Positions 59,568 to 64,000 of a DNA stretch of 64,000 nucleotides are shown here, one piece after another. The position numbers and the translations under genes are program-made. The DNA lies in the NCBI GenBank assembly GCA_015655375.1, contig JAATFD010000041.1:8612-72611 (forward strand). The letters run 5' to 3'. Numbering within the stretch: position 1 is the first letter of the stretch; every line of letters starts with the position of its first letter. The notes under the pieces were generated by a model, which worked only from the letters and a program-made list of their open reading frames with translations, was not told the DNA's origin and searched no databases. The DNA is from Actinomycetales bacterium (GTDB lineage: Bacteria > Actinomycetota > Actinomycetes > Actinomycetales > Actinomycetaceae).

Positions 59568-60862
59568 CGGCGGTCCCCCTGGACGACGACGCACGCGAGA
59601 CAGATCTGCGCAAAGTCAAGTTGCTCGGGACGGGCCTGCTCGACGTCGAGGTCGAGGGTGGCTACCGGATCCGTCTGGCTGACCCCGAGGAATATGACGA
59701 GGTCGGTAACGTCCTCGATGCAACCTACAGCGCGAGCCTGTCGATCTCCGACCTCTACAGGTCGGGCCTGCACCGCATCCGCGAGCGCGCGGAATCCTCT
59801 CTCGTGTGGCTCGTCGGTGATCCGGGCGGAGCAATTGTCGGCGCCGTCCTCACACCCCTGCCCCAGTTCCGCGCCGACCCGGATTTCACGTTCAACATCC
59901 TCGGCGTCCACCCGGACCACCGGGGCAAAGGATTGGCGCGGGCGCTGGTCGCGCACACGTTCCATGTCGGCGAGGCCTACGGATACCACCGGGTTCTCAT
60001 CCACTCCGGCCCGGACATGACCGCCGCGCATTCGCTATATCGATCGATGGGGTTCCACCGCCGCATCGACCACGAGACGATCATCGTCGACGGCGGACTG
60101 CGTCTGCTGCACTTCACCCGTCCGCTGACCCCGAAGCCGGGCGCAGTCCCGGCGCCCCTCATCGAGGACCGCCCGGAATTCGGTCCGGCACTCGATCCGA
60201 TCCACCTCCAGGCCAGGAGCACCATGACTGTCAATGCACCACCCGATCCGTACCGCTGGCCCGAGGACGAACGCGACCCCGTCCCCGCCGAGAACAAGGG
60301 CGAGCCGGGCTCCGTGGTCTCTCCCCTGGATCCTCGTTCGTGGCCATCGGTGGCGGGCCGCCGTGTGCTCGGGCCCGATGACATCGGTGATCGGCTTGAG
60401 GACGCCCTCGATCCGGTCATCGACCACGACCTCGTCGCGCCGTTGCTTCGCATTGCTTTCGGCGCTGACGACGATTCGGGGCCGGATTCCCATGCGAGCC
60501 TGCGCCGGCTCTTCTATGCCAGGCTCGGGTGGTTCGACGACCTGCTCGGCGGGCATCCCTTCCTCGGTGGCGATCGCCTGCTGGAACCGGACCTGCGGCT
60601 CTTCGGAGTGACCGTGACCTTCGACATCGCCTATCGGGGCCTCTTCCCGGCAGCAGACGCCGCGATCACCGATTACCCGAACCTGTGGCGTCACGCCCGA
60701 CGACTCTTCCAGACTCCGGGAGTGATCTCCGAGGACGAGAAGACCACGATCGGCCTCGTCCCTCGTCCGGACGGCACCTTCGCGGAACCATTGGGCCCGC
60801 CAGCCCCCCGGGAGCTTCTCCCCGATCTGCGTGCCGCATGGAACGAGCCCGTTCTCCGCTGA
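59564..60862 (+). CDS. Fusion protein: N-terminal GNAT acetyltransferase + C-terminal Xi-GST alpha-helical domain (no thioredoxin-like/Cys domain)
   Basis: ATGA overlap with the upstream gene. GNAT core: ...ILGVHPDHRGKGLARALVAHTF...SLYRSMGF. C-terminal part: ...HPFLGGDRLLEPDLRLFGVTVTFDIAYRGLF...YPNLWRHARRLFQTPGV. This part aligns by eye with the C-domains of the two upstream paralogs. Confidence 0.7.
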   Translation: MTAVPLDDDARETDLRKVKLLGTGLLDVEVEGGYRIRLADPEEYDEVGNVLDATYSASLSISDLYRSGLHRIRERAESSLVWLVGDPGGAIVGAVLTPLPQFRADPDFTFNILGVHPDHRGKGLARALVAHTFHVGEAYGYHRVLIHSGPDMTAAHSLYRSMGFHRRIDHETIIVDGGLRLLHFTRPLTPKPGAVPAPLIEDRPEFGPALDPIHLQARSTMTVNAPPDPYRWPEDERDPVPAENKGEPGSVVSPLDPRSWPSVAGRRVLGPDDIGDRLEDALDPVIDHDLVAPLLRIAFGADDDSGPDSHASLRRLFYARLGWFDDLLGGHPFLGGDRLLEPDLRLFGVTVTFDIAYRGLFPAADAAITDYPNLWRHARRLFQTPGVISEDEKTTIGLVPRPDGTFAEPLGPPAPRELLPDLRAAWNEPVLR

Positions 60863-60925
60863 AGGCAGCTCTGCCACCAGCAGCATTACGGTCCCAGTGC
60901 TGTCTCGGTGCTCGAGGCTGCTGTC

Positions 60926-61558
60926 ATGAGCGATTCAGACACCCCACGTCCCCCCTCCCTCACCGACCGTCTCCGCCAGGACCTGGCCGAGAGGCGCGTC
61001 CTCGTCCTCGACGGCGTCCTCGACGAGGACAACGGAACCGGGCTGGCAGCCCAGCTGGTCATGCTCGCCGACCGGGATCCCGCAGCCGACATCGATCTGT
61101 GGATCCGCTCCCCCGGCGGATCTGTCCCCGCCATGCTCGCCCTCCGAGACCTCATGAAGATGCTGCCCTGCGATGTCTCGACGCTCGTCCTCGGGATCGC
61201 TTACAGTGCGGGCCAGTTCCTGCTGTCCGCGGGAACGCCCGGAAAACGGCGCGCGTTGCCGCATTCGCGAGTCCTCATGCATCAAGGATCGGCAGGAATC
61301 GGCGGCAGCGCCGTCGAGGTCGAACTCCAGGCAGGCGACCTGCGCCTGACCAGGGACACCGTCCTCGACCTCATCGCCGCAGACACCGGGCAACCACTCG
61401 AGCGCATCCTCGCCGATTCCCAGCATGACCACTGGTACACGGCCGGCGAGGCACTCGACTATGGATTCGTCGACCACATCGTCGATTCCTTCGACCAGGT
61501 CGCCCCACCTCGACGATCGGGAGCGGGAGTCGGAGCGTCCGAGGAGACCACGCGATGA
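60926..61558 (+). CDS. Divergent ClpP1-like protease subunit (Ser/His/Asp positions retained)
   Basis: ...IDLWIRSPGGSV...GIAYSAGQFLLSAGTPGKRRALPHSRVLMHQGS...ILADSQHDHWYTAGEALDYGFVDHIV is colinear with actinobacterial ClpP1. ATG 60926 is preferred over GTG 60908. Confidence 0.75.
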   Translation: MSDSDTPRPPSLTDRLRQDLAERRVLVLDGVLDEDNGTGLAAQLVMLADRDPAADIDLWIRSPGGSVPAMLALRDLMKMLPCDVSTLVLGIAYSAGQFLLSAGTPGKRRALPHSRVLMHQGSAGIGGSAVEVELQAGDLRLTRDTVLDLIAADTGQPLERILADSQHDHWYTAGEALDYGFVDHIVDSFDQVAPPRRSGAGVGASEETTR

Positions 61559-62148
61559 GCTCCACCTACACGATCCCCCAGGTCATCGAGCAGAATCCCC
61601 ACGGCGAACGAATCATGGACGTCTACTCACATTTGCTCAATGAGCGGATCATCTACCTCGGTACACCGATCGACGCGGGGGTCGCCAATGCCGTGGTCGC
61701 CCAGTTCCTGTTTCTGGAGTCCTCCAGTCCTGAGTCCTCGATCCAGCTCTACATCAATTGCGAGGGCGGGGACCCCTCCGCGATGCTCGCCATCCATGAC
61801 ACGATGCAATTCATCCGACCCGACGTCGCCACGACCTGCGTCGGGGAAGCCGTGGGGCCGGGCGCGGTGCTCCTCGCGTCGGGAGCGCCCGGTCAGCGGG
61901 CGGCACTTCCCCACGCGCGAGTAGTTCTGCATCAGCCCTCCGCCCAGGGGCGCGGGGATATCCCCGACCTGATCCTCCAAGCGGACGAGGTTGTGCGCAT
62001 CCGCCGCGACGTCGAGGAGATCCTTGCATGCCATACCGGCCGGGACGCGGCAGAAGTCCATGCCGACACCGATCGGGAACGGGTCCTGACCGCCGAGGAT
62101 GCCCACGACTATGGCGTCATCGACACCGTGCTCGGCCAGCGGGGGTGA
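61555..62148 (+). CDS. ClpP2-like subunit lacking the catalytic Ser and Asp (ClpR-like pseudo-protease)
   Basis: YTIPQVIEQNPHGERIMDVYSHLLNERIIYLG...YINCEGGD...CVGEAVGPGAVLLASG (canonical GQAASMG)...VVLHQPS...ADTDRERVLTAEDAHDYGVIDTVL (canonical TERDRF). The codons are GGG at 61855-61857 and GAA at 62077-62079. ATGA overlap with the upstream gene. Confidence 0.75.
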   Translation: MSSTYTIPQVIEQNPHGERIMDVYSHLLNERIIYLGTPIDAGVANAVVAQFLFLESSSPESSIQLYINCEGGDPSAMLAIHDTMQFIRPDVATTCVGEAVGPGAVLLASGAPGQRAALPHARVVLHQPSAQGRGDIPDLILQADEVVRIRRDVEEILACHTGRDAAEVHADTDRERVLTAEDAHDYGVIDTVLGQRG

Positions 62149-62163
62149 AAGAGGGGCCGTCCG

Positions 62164-62520
62164 TCAGGCCGCGAGCAGGTGGACCGCGTCCATTCGAGCG
62201 GAAGTGCCAGAGGCTGTCGCTCCGACCTCGTTCCGAACGGAGGCGACGCTCCCGACCCCAAGGCTCCGGGACACCTCCTCCGTGAGGTCGACCAGGGTCA
62301 GGCCGAGCGCTCGCGCGACGGCTGCCACCACCTCGCTGGACGGTTCCTTGAGCCCCCGCTCAATCTCGGAGAGATACTGGGGCGAGACGCCGGCACGAGC
62401 CGCGGTCTCCCCCAATGTCTCGTCGCGATCGTGGCGGGCGTCGCGCAGACAATCGCCCACGACCTCTCGCCACAGCGGCTCGCGCGCGGCACCGCCTTCG
62501 TACACCGTGATCTGGATCAT
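62164..62520 (-). CDS. clgR: ClgR/PopR-type XRE-family Clp gene regulator
   Basis: ...LWREVVGDCLRDARHDRDETLGETAARAGVSPQYLSEIERGLKEPSSEVVAAVARALGLTLVDL... closely follows the ClgR core (REVVGD.LR...YLSEIERG.KEPSSE). The C-terminus is ...VHLLAA. Confidence 0.8.
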   Translation of the reverse strand: MIQITVYEGGAAREPLWREVVGDCLRDARHDRDETLGETAARAGVSPQYLSEIERGLKEPSSEVVAAVARALGLTLVDLTEEVSRSLGVGSVASVRNEVGATASGTSARMDAVHLLAA

Positions 62521-62601
62521 GGTTCATGCTACGGCGGCCGGGATGCCCACCCGCGGTGCCTCCGCTGTGAGCAGATTCCGCATCTCAGAAGGAGAATGAT
62601 C

Positions 62602-63468
62602 ATGAATGCTGTCGCTGTCATCGGGTTGGGGACCATGGGGCGCCCGATCGCTCGCAATTTGATGAAGGCCGGGTACGACGTCACCGTCTGGAACAGGTCG
62701 AGCGGCCGCGTCGACGAGTTGGTGGCTGAGGGAGCACGCCCCGCCCACAGCGTCGCCGAGGCGCTCGAGGTCGGGACTGTGTTGTCGATGGTCTCCAACG
62801 ATCAGGCCGTTTCTGAGCTCTTTCTCGACTCCGGTGTGCTCGAGGCCGCACCCACGGGAACGGTCCACGTCAATCTCGCCACGGTCAGCACCGGTCTGGC
62901 CGAACGTGCCGGGCAGATCCATGCTGCTCACCACGTCGGCTACGTCGCAGCTCCCGTCTTCGGTCGGGAATCCGTCGCCGAGGCCGGAGCGCTCAACATC
63001 CTCGCCGCCGGAGACCCCGCGCTGATCGACCGGGTCCAACCCGTCTTCGACGTCATCGGCTCGCGGACCTGGAGGCTCGGGAACCGACCCGAACAGGCCA
63101 ACATCGTCAAGATCGCTGGCAACTACCTCATGGCATGCGCGATCCAGTCCCTGGGTGAGGCCGTCAGCCTGGCCGAGGCCAGAGACGTGGACGCCGGGCA
63201 ATTGACCGAGCTGTTGTCCTCGACGATGTTCCCCGGTCAGGTCTACGGCACCTACGGCAAGCTGATCGCCCAGCGCCGCTATCAGCCTGCCGGTTTCACG
63301 ACCGAGCTGGGACGCAAGGACCTGCACCTGGCCCTCGACTCCGCCGCACACGCCAACATCCCATTGCCGATCGGCGAGGTCCTCCGATCGGTCTTCGACC
63401 AAGCGATCCAGGCCGGACACGGCCACGACGACTGGGCCTCGATCACGGAACAGGAGCCACGGAGGTAA
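62602..63468 (+). CDS. NAD(P)-dependent beta-hydroxyacid dehydrogenase family oxidoreductase (MmsB/GarR-like)
   Basis: MNAVAVIGLGTMGRPIARNLMKAGYDVTVWNRS...; the ATG at 62602 lies 6 nt after GAAGGAG. Confidence 0.82.
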   Translation: MNAVAVIGLGTMGRPIARNLMKAGYDVTVWNRSSGRVDELVAEGARPAHSVAEALEVGTVLSMVSNDQAVSELFLDSGVLEAAPTGTVHVNLATVSTGLAERAGQIHAAHHVGYVAAPVFGRESVAEAGALNILAAGDPALIDRVQPVFDVIGSRTWRLGNRPEQANIVKIAGNYLMACAIQSLGEAVSLAEARDVDAGQLTELLSSTMFPGQVYGTYGKLIAQRRYQPAGFTTELGRKDLHLALDSAAHANIPLPIGEVLRSVFDQAIQAGHGHDDWASITEQEPRR

Positions 63469-63527
63469 CGGCAGGCCGGGTGCGCGCGTTGCCCGCCGGA
63501 AGCCGACAGACGCATCCCGCACGACCC

Positions 63528-64000
63528 TCACCCCACGCCGTCGAGCCAATCCCCCACGACCTTGAAGGCCACACGCTTGAGAGGATCCCCATAGTGAACG
63601 GCGTCCGAACGCACCCTGTTCGGGTCGATCCCCTGCGCCGCGAGTTCGTGGGCGTGTCCGATGAGCCACCGTTCGATCTTCCGACAGTCAGTCTCCAGGT
63701 GAAACTGCAGACCGAGGATCCCCGCCCCGATGCTGAATGCCTGGTTCGGGAAGCCGGGCGTCTCGGCGAGGCTCTCGACCCCTGGTGGGATCTCGAACTG
63801 GTCGCCGTGCCAATGCAGAACAGACACCCCGTCGAGCGGCGCCAGCACAGAACTACGCCCAACCTCGGTCAGTTCCAACGGTGAAAAGCCAATCTCGTGA
63901 CGCCCGGTCGGCACGACGTTCGCGCCCAAGGCATCGGCGATCACCTGAGCACCCAGGCACACGCCGAGCGTCGCGTCATCCGCCTCCAGTCGCCTCCCAA
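63528..64000 (-). CDS. Class I glutamine amidotransferase-like protein (partial; the 5' end lies beyond the right window edge)
   Basis: My translation upstream of the track start stays open to the window edge: ...LEADDATLGVCLGAQVIADALG... (nucleophile elbow GxCxGxQ) ...LHWHGDQF...LGLQFHLE. Confidence 0.75.
   Translation of the reverse strand, partial: GRRLEADDATLGVCLGAQVIADALGANVVPTGRHEIGFSPLELTEVGRSSVLAPLDGVSVLHWHGDQFEIPPGVESLAETPGFPNQAFSIGAGILGLQFHLETDCRKIERWLIGHAHELAAQGIDPNRVRSDAVHYGDPLKRVAFKVVGDWLDGVG

Noticed and set aside
1-64000. A search for CRISPR arrays, rRNA/tRNA genes, IS elements, integrases, toxin-antitoxin pairs or known defence-system genes.
   Set aside because: I saw no regularly spaced direct repeats, no transposase/integrase/reverse-transcriptase-like ORFs and no structured RNA gene signatures while reading through the window. 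The absence is by visual inspection only.

Overview
This is a 64 kb stretch of a high-G+C actinobacterial chromosome. It is densely coded and mostly housekeeping. I found no rRNA, tRNA, CRISPR array or intact mobile element.

Gene content, left to right:
- **1-10015, cell-envelope glycopolymer locus:** a partial ABC exporter, a WecB/WbpI-like 2-epimerase and a translationally coupled GT4 + WbpB/WbpE/WbpD-like di-N-acetylated amino-sugar module. These are followed by GT2 + DUF2304 and two tandem LCP ligases.
- **10107-24322, core metabolism and signalling:** galE, purE-purK, a GtrA-like protein, a histidine kinase/OmpR pair, a class III cyclase, a DUF885 gene broken by one in-frame TAA, maf, dapD, gltA, dapC and fdxA.
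- **24446-26463, small island:** it contains a conspicuously A+T-rich patch and encodes a lipoprotein and a PKD-like secreted protein.
- **26690-38958:** typA, a peptide-type ABC importer operon, a hexose-6-P mutarotase, a macrodomain protein and dps.
- **39028-42169, gene-decay patch:** an amino-acid permease stub, a MerR gene with an in-frame TAG and a frameshifted TauE/SafE remnant. An intact GNAT gene and an intact HhH-GPD gene sit among them.
- **42159-55893:** mug, ychF, ispH, xseAB, a PfkB kinase, a Z-prenyltransferase, hemolysin III, greA, an AI-2E transporter, msrA, an FKBP isomerase and a BI-1 family protein.

The most unusual region is 56160-62520.
- It is a co-directional six-gene cluster.
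- It encodes a CBS/CysK-like PLP enzyme, two tandem Xi-GST (glutathionyl-hydroquinone-reductase)-like paralogs with a CGW instead of CPW active-site motif, and a GNAT fused to a GST C-domain only.
- It ends with a divergent ClpP1/ClpP2-like pair whose P2-like member has lost the catalytic Ser and Asp.
- A convergent ClgR/PopR-type regulator ending in LLAA follows it.

A second notable signal is a canonical intrinsic terminator placed directly against the greA ribosome-binding site.

All calls come from reading the sequence and the ORF track. No database search was run.
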